From Octopus vulgaris (taxonomy: Eukaryota): a stretch of 64,000 nt of DNA. Location of the stretch: positions 39,432,001 through 39,496,000 of the forward strand of contig OX597839.1 in assembly GCA_951406725.2 (NCBI GenBank), read 5' to 3'. The position numbers and the translations under genes were made by a program. The notes beneath the pieces are model-generated. The model worked only from the letters and a program-made list of their open reading frames with translations. It searched no databases and had not been told where the DNA came from. Position 1 is the stretch's first letter; each line of letters opens with the position of its first letter. This document shows, one piece after another, positions 1 to 12,617 of the stretch.

Positions 1-551
1 GTGTGTTTTTGTGTATATAGGTACTATGTGTGTACGTGTATATGCAGTTATACAAGTGTGTGTGTTTAGTTACATGTATATGCATGGTTATATATTTGTG
101 TGATGCTGGTTTCATATACATGGTATAGTGTGTCCGTGTGACTATTATATTGGGATATATGTATGTGTATTTATATACATGTATGTGTATGTGTCTACAA
201 TGTAGGAATGATGCTGTGTGTGTGTATGTGTTTGTGTATCATATATACATGCCTGCATTGATACATGTGTGTATGTTTGGATGTGTGTATGCATACAAGT
301 TCCATGTTCTCATTTTAACAAAATGAATTTCCAAACAGGTACTAAGAATAAACATACATATATATATACATGCAAGAAAATCTATCTTTTAATGAAAAGA
401 TGACGGAAAAGGAAGATAACAATATTTGGAATATGAACTGGAGATAGTATTCAAGGCCTTCGATAGGATGCATATGTGTGTGTATAAATATATACATAAC
501 ATACATATACAAATATATATATATATATACATGTATGTATGTATATATATA

Positions 552-584
<33 letters not shown>

Positions 585-586
<2 letters not shown>

Positions 587-825
587 AGGTGCGTGGCTTA
601 GTGGTTAGGGTATCGGCACCATGATCGTAAGATTGTGGTTTCGATACTTGGACTGGGCGACACGATGTGTTCTTGAACAAAACACTTCATTTCACGTTGC
701 TCCAGTCCACTCAGCTGGCAAAAATGAGTAACGCTGTGATAGACTTGCATCCTGTCCAGCTGGGGAACACATATGCCATAGAAACCGGGCCCATGAGCCT
801 GGCTAGGCTTTAAAAGGGCACATTT
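585..825 (+). mobile_element. tRNA-derived SINE, family E (CORE-like body, V-domain-like segment)
   Basis: A-box-like TGGCTTAGTGG and B-box-like GGTTTCGATAC, then GTGTTCTTGAACAAAACACTTCATTTCAC...CCACTCAGCTG. Related copies at 25672-25900 (+) and 33525-33746 (-). Confidence 0.75.
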
Positions 826-1332
826 ATTTTTTTGTTTTATTTTATATATATATATATATATGTGTCACAATAAATGGATCCAAGTAATCCAGTGGTCTCT
901 ATGGATAGCTGACCTTTGTAATAATTGTGTTATGAACACACCGTTGTTGTGATATACACAACAGCAACTAACATGTTTGTATTTGAATCTGCCAGAATGA
1001 ATCAAGTATGCATCTGTAAATCCTTGTGTCAGATTTTGCCGTACACAGTGCAAATAATGATATCTGTATCAGTTGGCAGATATCAGCACTGATCAGCAAA
1101 CAGTTGGGTCACTGAAATAATAAACAAAGCCACTGGCTTGCTTAGGCTCAAAGCCCTGATTCTTTTTGGCTGAGAAGACACATGTTGAAACACTGATATC
1201 TCAGAATCCCTTGCAACCCAATGAGTCAAGTGTGCAATGAACACATTGTCACTGAAGTTGTTCTCCTGTGACTTACACAACAGTGACTTACATATCTGTT
1301 GAAACATATTAAGAATGAATTTGAAAACCAAT

Positions 1333-1645
1333 ACTCTTTTACTTGTTTCAGTCATTTGACTGTGGCCATGCTAGAGCACCGCCTTTTAGTAGAGCAAATA
1401 TCGACCCCAGGACTTATTCTTTGTAAGCTTAGTACTTATTCTATCGGTCTCTCTTGCCAAACCTCTAAGTTACGGGGACGTAAACACAGACACACAAACA
1501 CATACATATATATATATACACACGATGGGCTTCTTTCAGTTTCCATCTACCAAATCCACTCACAAGGTTTCGGTCAGCCCGAGGCTATAGTAGAAGACAG
1601 TTGCCCAAGGTGCCACGCAGTGGGACTGAACCCGGAACCATGTGG
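1333..1645 (-). mobile_element. SINE family A, 5'-truncated copy
   Basis: Reverse complement of the family A body and tail (GCATGGCCACAGTCAAATGACTGAAACAAGTAAAAGAG) with an internal (TA)/(CA) microsatellite. Confidence 0.85.
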
Positions 1646-2195
1646 TTCAATCATACATTATCCCAAAGCTTTGAGATTTCAATAATGTGATTGCTTAGTT
1701 TCAGAATGACATTGTGGAGTAGGTGCGAGAGAGGCCAGAACCAGTCATAGAATATTTGGGCTGGGGTTTGGTCAGTTTAAATGCCAAAGGGTTAACTGAC
1801 TTGTTTTACTCTTTTTGATGTGGACCCCTAAAAAAAAAAAAATCCATGTTTTGGATCTGGCCTGGATATTAAGAATGTTGAGATCCATCGGTACGAATGC
1901 TGAAGCTAACGATGTAATGAGTGAGTAACGAGATAGCCGTGATATGTAAATGGACATTAAATACTTGACGATGCGAAGACAAGTGGGCTGATGACAGCAA
2001 TAAGGGTTCTGTACCCTTAAGGGGAAAGATTGAGAGAGAGAGAGAGGGGGTGGGGTGGAGAGGCAGGCATTAAAATGTAGTGGTTGTTATAGAAGTGATG
2101 GAGAATGCTTATCTTTAATGTTACGAGGATGGTAAGTGCCATTGTGACGATCACCATCATCATAACTACTGTCAATAAACACATTCATAAGTGCC

Positions 2196-2398
<203 letters not shown>

Positions 2399-2629
2399 TG
2401 CCAACATTAATATAACACCACGGTTATTATTATTGTCATCACCATCACAACTACTGCCACTTCCAACACTACCCCATCACTACCCCCCCCTCTGCTGTCA
2501 TCAACCTTATCACCATCATTACATCATCATGATCCTTTTCATCATCATCTCAAATTCAACAGATTCATCATCGCAAATGCTATCACCTGATCCCATCGTC
2601 ATCATCATCACCACCACATTTGTCGTCGT

Positions 2630-3200
2630 CGTCATCGCAAATAATACCACTGGATCTGTCATCATCAGCACCACCACCACCATCATCACAAATGCAACCA
2701 CGAGATTCATCATGATCACCACCACCATCATCACCATCATCATCAATACCATCAGCATAGCCTGCATCAAACACACCACCACCACCACCACCAACTTCAG
2801 CAGCAACCATCACAAATAGAGCTACTGGATCCATCATCATGATCATGATCATCACCACCACCATCATCACAAATTCAACCACGAAATTCATCATGATCAA
2901 TACCATCAGCACAACCTGCATCAAACACCACCGCCACCTTCAGCAGCAACCATCACCACTATCAAACATAGTACCACCGGATCCATCATCATCATCACCA
3001 CCACCATCATCACAAATACAACCACGAAATTCATCATGATCATCATGATCATCGTCAATACCATTAGCACAACCTGCATCAAACACCACCACCTTCAGCA
3101 GCAACCATCACCACAACCACCACCATCATCACAAATAGTACCACTGGATTCATGATCATCATCATCAGCAATACCATCATCACAACCACATCAAACACCA
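2630..3200 (+). repeat. Degenerate tandem repeat, ~150-175 bp unit, ~3.3 copies, in CAT/CAC-rich sequence
   Basis: Anchor C(T/C)GGAT recurs at ~2650, 2826, 2977 and 3144; AACCACGA(G/A)ATTCATCATGATC and CCTGCATCAAACAC each recur three times. Confidence 0.8.
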
Positions 3201-3498
3201 CCACCACCACCACAGCTACCATTGTCATTGTTGTCAGGAAACAACACCTTAATGGTATTGCACAACAAACGCTAACGACCGCATGGCGTGCCAGCTAACC
3301 CGAAACACCAACAAGCGCAGCTGGTGCTAAGTGCATCATCGTGTGCAGTTTAACAGTTGCAACTATGGAAAGGAGAACGGTGCATTGATTCTGTCAGTGA
3401 ACAGGAATCATTGCCATCTCGGAGAGGAAATGATGCGGAGGAGAGACCTGCTGCTTACTTGGAGTGGCTCCATTAACTGTACTGGTACTAGACATTGC

Positions 3499-3965
3499 GG
3501 TAGTGGTGGTGGTAGTAGTGACAGCAGTGGTGGTGGTAGTAGTGATGGCAGTGGTGGTGGTGGTAGTAGTGACAGCAGTGGTGGTGGTAGTAGTGACGGC
3601 AGTGGTGGTGGTGGTAGTAGTGATGGCAGTGGTGGTGGTAGTAGTGACAACAGTGGTGGTGGTGGTAGTAGTGATGGCAGTGGTGGTGGTGGTAGTAGTG
3701 ACAGCAGTGGTGGTGGTGGTAGTAGTGACGGCAGTGGTGGTGGTGGTAGTAGTGATGGCAGTGGTGGTGGTAGTAGTGACAGCAGTGGTGGTGGTGGTAG
3801 TAGTGACAGCAGTGGTGATGGTGGTAGTAGTGACAGCAGTGCTGATGGTGGTAGTAGTGACAGCAGTGGTGGTGGTGGTTGTAGTGGTAGTAGTGACTTC
3901 AGTGGTGGTGGTGGTAGTAGTGACAGCAGTGGTGGTGGTGGTGGTGGTGGTAGTAGTGACTGAAG
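3499..3965 (+). repeat. Minisatellite AGT(GGT)3-4AGTAGTGA(C/T)(A/G)GC, 24-27 bp units
   Basis: About 17 tandem units that differ mainly in GGT copy number. Confidence 0.92.
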
Positions 3966-4425
3966 TGGTGGTAGTTGTTATAGTGGTGGTGGTAGTAGTA
4001 GAAGTTATAGTAGTAATTGTAGTGGTGGTGGTGTTGGTTGTGGTCGCAATGGACTTGGTGGTGGTTTCTAGCAAGTTAAGCAAAATTGCATAGACAAGCC
4101 CCATGATGATGGTGATGGTTACATCATCATCATCACCATTATCACAACCGACATCACCAGTACATTGGTGATGATGATGATGGTGAAGAGGATGGAGGTA
4201 GGGATAATGATGAGGAAGGATGATGCTTGTGGTGAAGGATGATGACGATGATGATGATGATGATGGCAATGACAATGTTGGGAGTGGTGGTGATGTGAAC
4301 AATGGTAATCATGATGATGATGATGATAGTGCTGGCAGTGAGGGTTCAATTCCTGTTAAGGTCAGATATGAGAAAATATTTGGTAAGTCAGTGGGGAAAA
4401 GAAGGATCAGCTGAAAAGTCTGTGT

Positions 4426-4647
4426 ACTCTTCTACTTGTTTCAGTCATTTCACTGCGGCCATGCTGGAGCACTGCCTTTAGTTGAGCAAATTGACCCCAG
4501 GACTTATTCTTTGTAAGCCTAGTACTTATTCTATCGGTCAGTTTTTGCCGAACCGCTAAGTTACGGGGACATAAACACACCAGCATCGGTTGTCAAGCAA
4601 TGTTGGGGGGACAAACACAGACACACAAACATATACACACACATATA
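4426..4647 (-). mobile_element. SINE family A, 3' half
   Basis: Matches the family A tail region in reverse complement. Confidence 0.85.
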
Positions 4648-4881
4648 TTGAATGTTTGAAAAAGGCTAAGGGGGTGGAGAGACCCAAAGGCAGATATGTA
4701 CAGTTATGCTTGACCAACATTTGGACATTCCCTGTGGCTCCGTGGATGCTGTAAATGCATTGACTTGTCTTTCCTTCATGACAAATTCATGAATGGAGAA
4801 GTGCTAAGTGCACTTGGGGTTAGGAATTTGCTTCTGGAAACAGCTCAGGTACAGCAGAAGCAGGTAAGTTATTGTTTATGC

Positions 4882-5475
4882 AAGGCGGTGAGCTGGCAGA
4901 AATGTTAGCACACCGGACGAAATGTTCAGCGGTATTTTGTCTGCCGCAACGTTCTGAGTTCAAATTCCGCTGAGGTCGACTTTGCCTTTCATCCCTTCGG
5001 GGTCGATAAATTAAGTACCAGTTACGCATTGGGGGTCGATGTAATCGACTAAATCCGTTTGTTTGTCCCCCCTGTGTTTAGCCCCTTGTGGGTAATAAAG
5101 AAATAGGTATTTTGTCTGCCGCTGCGTTCTGAGTTCAAATTCCGCCGAGGTCGACTTTGCCTTTCATCCCTTCGGGGTCGATAAATTAAGTACCAGTTAC
5201 GCATTGGGGGTCGATGTAATCGACTAAATCCGTTTGTTTGTCCTTGTTTGTCCCCCCTGTGTTTAGCCCCTTGTGGGTAATAAAGAAATAGGTATTTTGT
5301 CTGCCGCTGCGTTCTGAGTTCAAATTCCGCCGAGGTTGACTTTGCCTTTCATCCTTTCGGAGTCAATAAATTAAGTACCAGTTACGCACTGGGGTTGATG
5401 TAATCGACTTAATCTCTTTGTCTGTCCTTGTTTGTCCCTTCTGTGTTTAAGCCCCTTGTGGGCAATAAAGAGATA
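4882..5475 (+). mobile_element. tRNA-derived SINE family B, three head-to-tail units
   Basis: Head GGCGGTGAGCTGGCAGAA, B-box GAGTTCAAATTCC, body GTCGACTTTGCCTTTCATCC...GGGGTCGATAAATTAAGTACC and tail AGCCCCTTGTGGG-AATAAAGAAATA; body and tail occur three times. Confidence 0.9.
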
Positions 5476-6147
5476 AGTTAAGTTATTGTTTATGCAAATA
5501 TTGTTGATTACAAAGAAAAAAGGCCAACCTTGTTCTTTTACCTTCTTCTGATTTGAACTTATTATATATCTTTGCATAAATATAAATTAAATCATCATCC
5601 AGTTGGTATGTATGTTTGGCTCTTCTATGTTAGGGTCAGATAAGGGGGTCAGCCAACATCGACCCCCCCCCCCCACCACCTTTATGGAATTGTTCATAAC
5701 TTAACCCCAACCCCATCATGTAAATTTCTAAAATAAAATTAAAAAGAATTAATAAGAAAAAAATTTCTTGAATTTAAAACAAAAATTCCTTCACTCTTTA
5801 GTGTTAATACCACTTTTTAATAAGAAATATTTGAGGAAATTTAATTAAAATACTTAATGAAATTGGTGAAAAAGAACAATAAATATTCAGTCCTATTATT
5901 ATTTTGATACGGTCAGAATATTTCATGTGAAATATGGGTTTCATAAATTCTTGTTACTGCATCGGTATTTGGCTGGAAATTAATTTTAGTCTTAAATTAA
6001 TTTCCAGCCCCAAAAGGTTAGTAGTACCTCCGACTTTAAACAAAATCAACTTTAGTGGTTGCTGACACCTCGGACAAATGTCCACTGCTTAGAACCTTGT
6101 GAAAAGATTTGGTGGGCAGAAACTGAAAGAAGCCCTTCATATATATA

Positions 6148-6360
6148 TCATCATCATCATCATCATCATCATCATCGTTTAACGTCCGTTTTCCGCGCTA
6201 GCACGGGTTGGACGGTGCGACCGGGGTCTGGGAAGCCAGGGGCTGCTCCAGGCTCCAGTCTGATCTGGCAGAGTTTCTACGGCTGGATGCCCTTCCTAAC
6301 GCTAACCACTCCGCGAGTTTAGTGGGTGCTTTTTACGTGCCACCTGCACAGGTACCAGGG
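6148..6360 (-). mobile_element. Non-autonomous retroposon family C with RTE-like (GAT)n tail
   Basis: Contains GGATGCCCTTCCTAACGC and the reverse complement of the tail GGAAAACGGACGTTAAACGATGATGATG. Confidence 0.8.
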
Positions 6361-6381
6361 GGGGGGTCCGGCAGACACAGA

Positions 6382-6767
6382 AATGGTTGTGTGGTAAGAA
6401 GCTTGCTTCCCAACCACATGATTCTGGGTTCAGTCCCACTGCATAGCACCTTAGGTAAATGTCTTCTACTATAATCACAGGCTAACCAAAGCCTTCTGAG
6501 TGGATTTGGTAAACGGAAACTGAAAGAAGCCCATCATATATATAAATATATACATATATGTTTGTCTCTCTATCATAACTTGAGAACCGATGTTAGTGTG
6601 TTTACGTTCTTCTAGCTTAGCAGTTCAGCAAAAGACACTGATTAAATAAGTACTAGGCTTACAAAGACTAAGTCCTGGGGTCGATTTCTTTGACAAAGAA
6701 ATCCTTTCAAGGCAATGCCCCAGCATGGCCACAATCAAATGACTGAAACAAATAAAAGAGTAAAAGA
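6382..6767 (+). mobile_element. SINE family A, near full length, diverged
   Basis: TGTGTGGTAAG head, GGGTTCAGTCCC B-box, internal TA microsatellite, AAAAGAGTAAAAG tail. Confidence 0.85.
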
Positions 6768-6793
6768 ACACATACACACGTGCGTTGTGTATG

Positions 6794-6835
<42 letters not shown>

Positions 6836-7068
6836 CATACACACGCACATCTATGTACGCATCTATGAAGAATATTCCGAGGTTATATCTAAAGGTTGCA
6901 GCCAGGCTTCTCAGGCTCCACACTCAATGTTAGGTTAACAGAAATAATAGTCACAGGGGTCATGTATTTACTTCTTTCAAATCATGGTTGAGTGCACCTT
7001 GGTAAACAAGACCAGTGGCATGAAACATTTTCGATGGAGCTGTAACAATCCCGATTGGTATATATATA

Positions 7069-7128
<60 letters not shown>

Positions 7129-7160
7129 TATATCCATGCTTGTATGTGTGCATGTGTATA

Positions 7161-7202
<42 letters not shown>

Positions 7203-7703
7203 TACATATATTCATAGACACATATATACACATACACATTCATATATATATAAGCACATACATATAAACATACACATAAACATATATAAGATCTCTCTTG
7301 CTGCATGTGTAGATATTATACACACACACACACACACACATGTATATAGACCGAGGCATGGATGAATGAATAGAAAGACAAACAGACAGATAGACATACC
7401 CATCAAACTGGTTGCTTATTGTAACAAACAGTAAACAATGACTACATTTGACATCTGCACACACACACACACACATATACACTCACTGATACACACACAC
7501 ACACACATACACTCAACAATAGATAGATATACGTGCACACACACACACACACAAATACAGATGTTCACAGGTGAGTGCACACAGAAACAATCTGATGCAA
7601 TACATATTTAATACAATACATTGAGATTGGCATGTGGAGCTGGTGTATATGTGAAGTATTAACGGCAGCTGCACATCCTGTCACTTTGATATACCTGCAT
7701 GCG

Positions 7704-7751
<48 letters not shown>

Positions 7752-7862
7752 GATACACATACATGTGTGTTTATGTATTAATACATATGCAGATATATAT
7801 ATATATATATAAATACATATACATATATATAAATACATATACATATACGTGTGTGTATGTGT

Positions 7863-7904
<42 letters not shown>

Positions 7905-8559
7905 TTATACACACACAGACATATATACACACACATACATATATATGCACACATACACACAAACATAGACACACATATACATATACACATACAAATACAC
8001 ACATATATATACATGCACACACACACAAACATATAGACACACATACATACACACATATATATATATAAACATATGGAGAGAAAGAGAGAAGAGATATATA
8101 CATATGCACAAACATAATCAGCTTCATGTACCTGCATACTAACCAGTCCATTAGTCTCTCTCCCCCACACATACACAATGGACCAGTCCATTGGTCAAAC
8201 CTAATCACACATACACACACACACACACACATATATATACACACACACACATCCTACTTCTTTATCTAAAATAATGGCAAGAAACAAATAAGATTTACTA
8301 ACAAGAATATCTCATAATAATGTTTTGTTCTGATGTTTGGAAGGGGGTGGGTTAGGCAGCGGTGGGGGGGGGGAGGGTGCAGGTGGTCATGATGGTGATG
8401 ATGGTGGTGGTTGGTGATGGTGGCAGTGTGGTGATGAGGAGTCTGCTCAGTTTTCTGATTGACTGACCGAGGGCAAAAATACTCCAGCTGCAACCATCTG
8501 GGCTGGTTTTTTTCAGTCACTGTCTATCTCGGACAACACAAGTCTTATGTGTTCACACA

Positions 8560-8940
8560 CTTGGTCATGGATGGAATGCCTCTTATAATGTGTGCGCCGA
8601 ATTAGGGGTTAAACAATAAGAACAAAGAAGGACACATTAGATAAGGTAGTCCTAGATACACTATGCCTGAATAAAAGACAGGATGGCCATAAATGGAACG
8701 TCTTTGATCAGAGATCTGGCAGATCAGGACTGACCTGAGAGTAAATGAGGATTGACACATTAGATAATGTAGTCCTAGATACACTATGTTTGAATAAAAG
8801 GTAGGGTGGTCCTAACTGGAACATCTTTGATCAGAGGTCTCTTTGAATGAGGACTGACCTAGGGTTTAACAACAACATGAACCTAAATGTACTCCTAGAT
8901 ACACTTAGAATAAAAAAAATAGGATGGTTATAGGCTGAAC
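8560..8940 (+). repeat. Tandem array of a ~120 bp interspersed-repeat tail (family D)
   Basis: TCCTAGATACAC at 8650, 8773 and 8893. Similar sequence in reverse orientation near 29580-29790 and 62560-62760. Confidence 0.7.
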
Positions 8941-8942
8941 AC

Positions 8943-9159
8943 TTGGCAGAAACGTTAGCACGCCGGGTGAAATGTGTAGCCGTATTTCGTCTGTCGTTAC
9001 GTTCTGAGTTCAAATTCTGCTGAGGTCGACTTTGCCTTTCATCCTTTCGGGGTCGATAAATTAAGTACAAGTTACGCACCGGGGTCGATGTAATCGACTT
9101 AATCTCTTTGTCTGTCCTTGCTTGTCCCCTCTGTGTTTAGCCCCTTGTGGGTAGTAAAG

Positions 9160-9163
<4 letters not shown>
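8943..9163 (+). mobile_element. SINE family B
   Basis: Same head, body and tail as 4882-5475. Confidence 0.88.
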
Positions 9164-9203
<40 letters not shown>

Positions 9204-9206
<3 letters not shown>

Positions 9207-9356
9207 TGATTGATTCTAGTTTCAGCTCACGAGCTGTGGCCATGCTGGGGCACCGCCATTTGGTGTTGCTACATGGTTTTACTTTGCGAATGCTTTTTAG
9301 CAACTGCCATTTGGTGCATGAGAGAGTTTGATGCAGCTGCCCTCATCTGCACCTCT
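9204..9356 (-). mobile_element. LINE 3' end (CR1-like)
   Basis: Minus strand reads ...QMRAAASNSLMHQMAVAKKHSQSKTM*, then GGCGGTGCCCCAGCATGGCCACAGCTCGTGAGCTGAAACTAG(AATC)n. Shorter copies of the tail at 35486-35540 (+) and 43490-43537 (-). Confidence 0.6.
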
Positions 9357-9818
9357 ATATTTATATAGTTTTGGGATTTGGTTTGCAAGATTCTTTATAT
9401 GAGTTCGTGTGTTGAAGCATATTCTGTTGTGTCTGGGGAGAGTCATTTTCTTTTTGCGCCTTATAATTAAACACACTCAAAACACATAATATATATATCC
9501 TACATATGATAAATATATATAATTATATATGTGTATGTATATACGGGCATTTGTATATATGAATGTGCGAGTGTGTGTGTATGCGTAAACAAATGCAGAC
9601 ACATACACACAGACATACATACATACATACAAGCGCGTCTGTTGACTGTGTTGTGTGCGCGTGTGTGTGAATGTGTGTGATACGCGATACACCAACAGTC
9701 AGGAAGTTGAATCGTCAGTGGCAACTGGATACCTTAATGGAAGACAGGAATGTAAGATGAACTGACTGTGCAATGCATGATGGGATAGGGTGCAGCCTGG
9801 TTGTACATGTAACTCCAC

Positions 9819-9849
<31 letters not shown>

Positions 9850-9998
9850 GGCTGTGTATGAAAATATGAATATAATTCTGTGTATGTATGTATGTATGTA
9901 TGTGTCAGATTAGTTGAGACTTAGAAAGGGGAGTTCATGTAACAGCAAATCAGTAGTTGATATCTCGTGTGTAAATGTGCATACACTTATACATACAT

Positions 9999-10029
<31 letters not shown>

Positions 10030-10180
10030 ACTATGCATATACACAGACACACACACAAATATTTTGTGCAGTAGCAGTGCAGGTATCAGAGTGCAGTTAT
10101 GTGCATAATGCGTGTGTACGTGCGAGTGGTTTAATGTTCATGATTCTATTTGTGTTATGCATATTATGAATGCACGTGTA

Positions 10181-10214
<34 letters not shown>

Positions 10215-10233
10215 GACATATATATATATATAG

Positions 10234-10276
<43 letters not shown>

Positions 10277-10482
10277 CACACATACATGAAGGTTACAGTT
10301 AGTAAAGGATAGAATAAGCTAGTTCTCAATACATGATGTAGAATTTATAGAAACACTCACACACACATACACATATATATACATACGCCTTTTCTCCTGT
10401 TGAGTGTACAATTTTTCCCTATGTTAGTATAACTTGATAGGTGTATATCTGTGTATGCATATATTTATATATATAAACATGC

Positions 10483-10517
<35 letters not shown>

Positions 10518-10963
10518 TATATGTATGCATGTATGTGTATAAGTATGTATGTGAGTATGTGTATAAGTATGTATGTGAGTGTGTGTATAGGTATGTACAG
10601 TGAGATAGGTATGTATGCATATACACATATATGTATGCTTATGTATGTGTGTCTGGGTGTATTGAGATTTTTGCTCAACTATGCTTCATTGTATAACATC
10701 AAATATTAGAGATACTGAGCTTGAAGCCAGGACAGTGTCCACCATAGTCACAGTAGAACACTGTATGTTCACATGTGTACATATGTGTGTGTATGTATGT
10801 ATGTATATATATATATATATAAAATACAGTTTACATTTAAACACAGCAAGAGGTTTCCATCATAGGACTTCCTTATGCTAGAAGGAACAGCTAAAGTCCA
10901 AACCACTAATTAGGGATAAATTCTTGAAGGGAATGAAGAATAAAAAACATTTACCATCTGTTT

Positions 10964-11030
10964 CCTGGACCATGGTTTCTGACTTATTTTTAGCAAATAA
11001 AATAATTTGCTAGGCGAAGTCTTTGTCAAC

Positions 11031-11033
<3 letters not shown>
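10964..11033 (-). ncRNA. Type I hammerhead ribozyme motif, U3-A8 variant core
   Basis: Minus strand: CCUG-UUGACAA-a-GACUU[cgcc UAGCAAAU uauuuu AUUUGCUA aaaau]AAGUC-a-GAAA-CCAUGG-UC-CAGG. Stem I CCUG/CAGG, palindromic stem III, GUC cleavage triplet. Confidence 0.65.
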
Positions 11034-11064
<31 letters not shown>

Positions 11065-11092
11065 TCAAAGTAAGCAATAAGTATATCCGAGG

Positions 11093-11186
11093 TAATGTGG
11101 TACGATCGTTTCATGCTACTTCATTTTATTAACCACTGTAAGCATTACATCAGTTTTAAAATGTCGAACAATCTTCAGCCACCTTA
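11093..11186 (-). ncRNA. Type I hammerhead ribozyme motif, canonical core
   Basis: Minus strand: UAAgGUGG-CUGAAGA-[long imperfect stem II]-GAAA-CGAUCG-UA-CCACaUUA. Stem I pairs 7 of 8, stem III is the palindrome ACGAUCGU, GUA triplet. Confidence 0.75.
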
Positions 11187-11196
11187 TATACATATA

Positions 11197-11345
11197 AAGA
11201 GGCACTGAAAAGTTCCTAGATAGAGGCCTAAGCTTCTGAGTTTCTGTGTTCTAGGACTTAGAAAAAGTGAAGGAGTGTTGCAATAATCTGAGACAGGAAT
11301 ATCTTCAATAAAATCATAATTAACTGATCCTCCTTTTTTTTTTTA
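11197..11345 (+). mobile_element. Mariner-like non-autonomous remnant
   Basis: GAGG..CTGAAAAGTTCC terminus, then sequence reading GLEKVKECCN..EYLQ*, resembling a mariner transposase C-terminus (GIEKL..RW.KCI...GDYVE*). Confidence 0.5.
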
Positions 11346-11393
11346 CTTGCTAGTTTCAGCCATTTGTCTGCAGCCATGCTGGAGCACTAGCTT

Positions 11394-11435
<42 letters not shown>

Positions 11436-11731
11436 AAAAGGTTAAGATGTTTCCATTAACATCCAGCAACAATTAAAAGAAAATCGAAAGCTAGCACCAT
11501 GGGATTTCTCAGTGCAAAAAAATGTGAAGTCACGAAACATATTATGAAAGATTAATTTAATTTCTTTCAATTCCCTTTTATTTTTTTAATTTCTGCATGA
11601 CTAAACCATCTTTTTCAATTAATTGAAACTGGTAGCGTATTTTGATAAAAATCTAAATACTCTCCCACTTTGCTTTCCATGATAAAATTTTCAATGAATT
11701 TTCTTGTTTTTATTATATACATTTCATAGTT

Positions 11732-12127
11732 GCAGGCATGGCTGTGTGGTAAGAAGCTTGCTTCCCAACCATATAGTTCCGAGTTCAGTCCCACTGCATG
11801 GCACCTTGGGCAAGTATCTTCTGCTATAGCCTTGGGCCGACCAAAGCTTTGTGAGTGGATTTGGTAGATGGAAACTGAAAGAATCCTATCATATATATAT
11901 ATATATATATGTGTACATATATGCATATGTTTGTCTTCCCCCCACACCCGCCATCAATTGACAACTGATATTGGTGTGTTTACGTCTCCGTAACCTAACA
12001 GTTTAACAAAGAAAGAACAATAGACTAAGTACAAGGCTTACAAAGACTAAGTTCTGGAGGTGATTTCTTCGACTAAAGGCAGTGCTCCAGCATGGCTGCA
12101 GTCAAATGACTGAAACAAGTAAAATAA

Positions 12128-12130
<3 letters not shown>
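11732..12130 (+). mobile_element. SINE family A, near full length
   Basis: Head, CORE-like CACCTTGGGCAAG, internal microsatellite and tail all present. Confidence 0.88.
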
Positions 12131-12167
<37 letters not shown>

Positions 12168-12586
12168 ACATACATACACGCACACATATTTATCTACACA
12201 CACAAGTGCATATGTGTAGATATCTATGTATATATAAATAAGGAGACACGCATGTACATGTATGTCACGTGTAAACACAGACACACACACACAGGTGAAA
12301 TAAACATCAGAGACGCTTCGCCCCAAGCAGTTAACTACAGGTAGAACTAAGACATGCTGGAAGCTGATTTCCCCACTTCACAATGACTTAAGTAATCACA
12401 TCGCTGGGATTGCTTCTGTCAACATCAAAGTACTCATAGCATTTTGTGTGTATATGTGTATATATAAATATATATGTGTCTATGCATATACAGATGTATG
12501 CAGTTATATGTATACAGATATGTGCACATGCATATATATATGTATATAAGTACAAATTGATAGTTTTTATACATACACATAAGCAC

Positions 12587-12617
<31 letters not shown>

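Noticed and set aside
865-1300. Possible very old RTE RT fragment (VTQLFADQC ... LGSI on the minus strand)
   Set aside because: The similarity is too weak to call without a profile search.
3331-4349. Long Gly/Ser-, Thr-, Val- and His-rich ORFs (up to 302 aa), one with a hydrophobic C-terminus
   Set aside because: Several frames are open because of trinucleotide repeats and there is no recognisable domain. A minus-strand acceptor near 4352 exists, but the support is insufficient.
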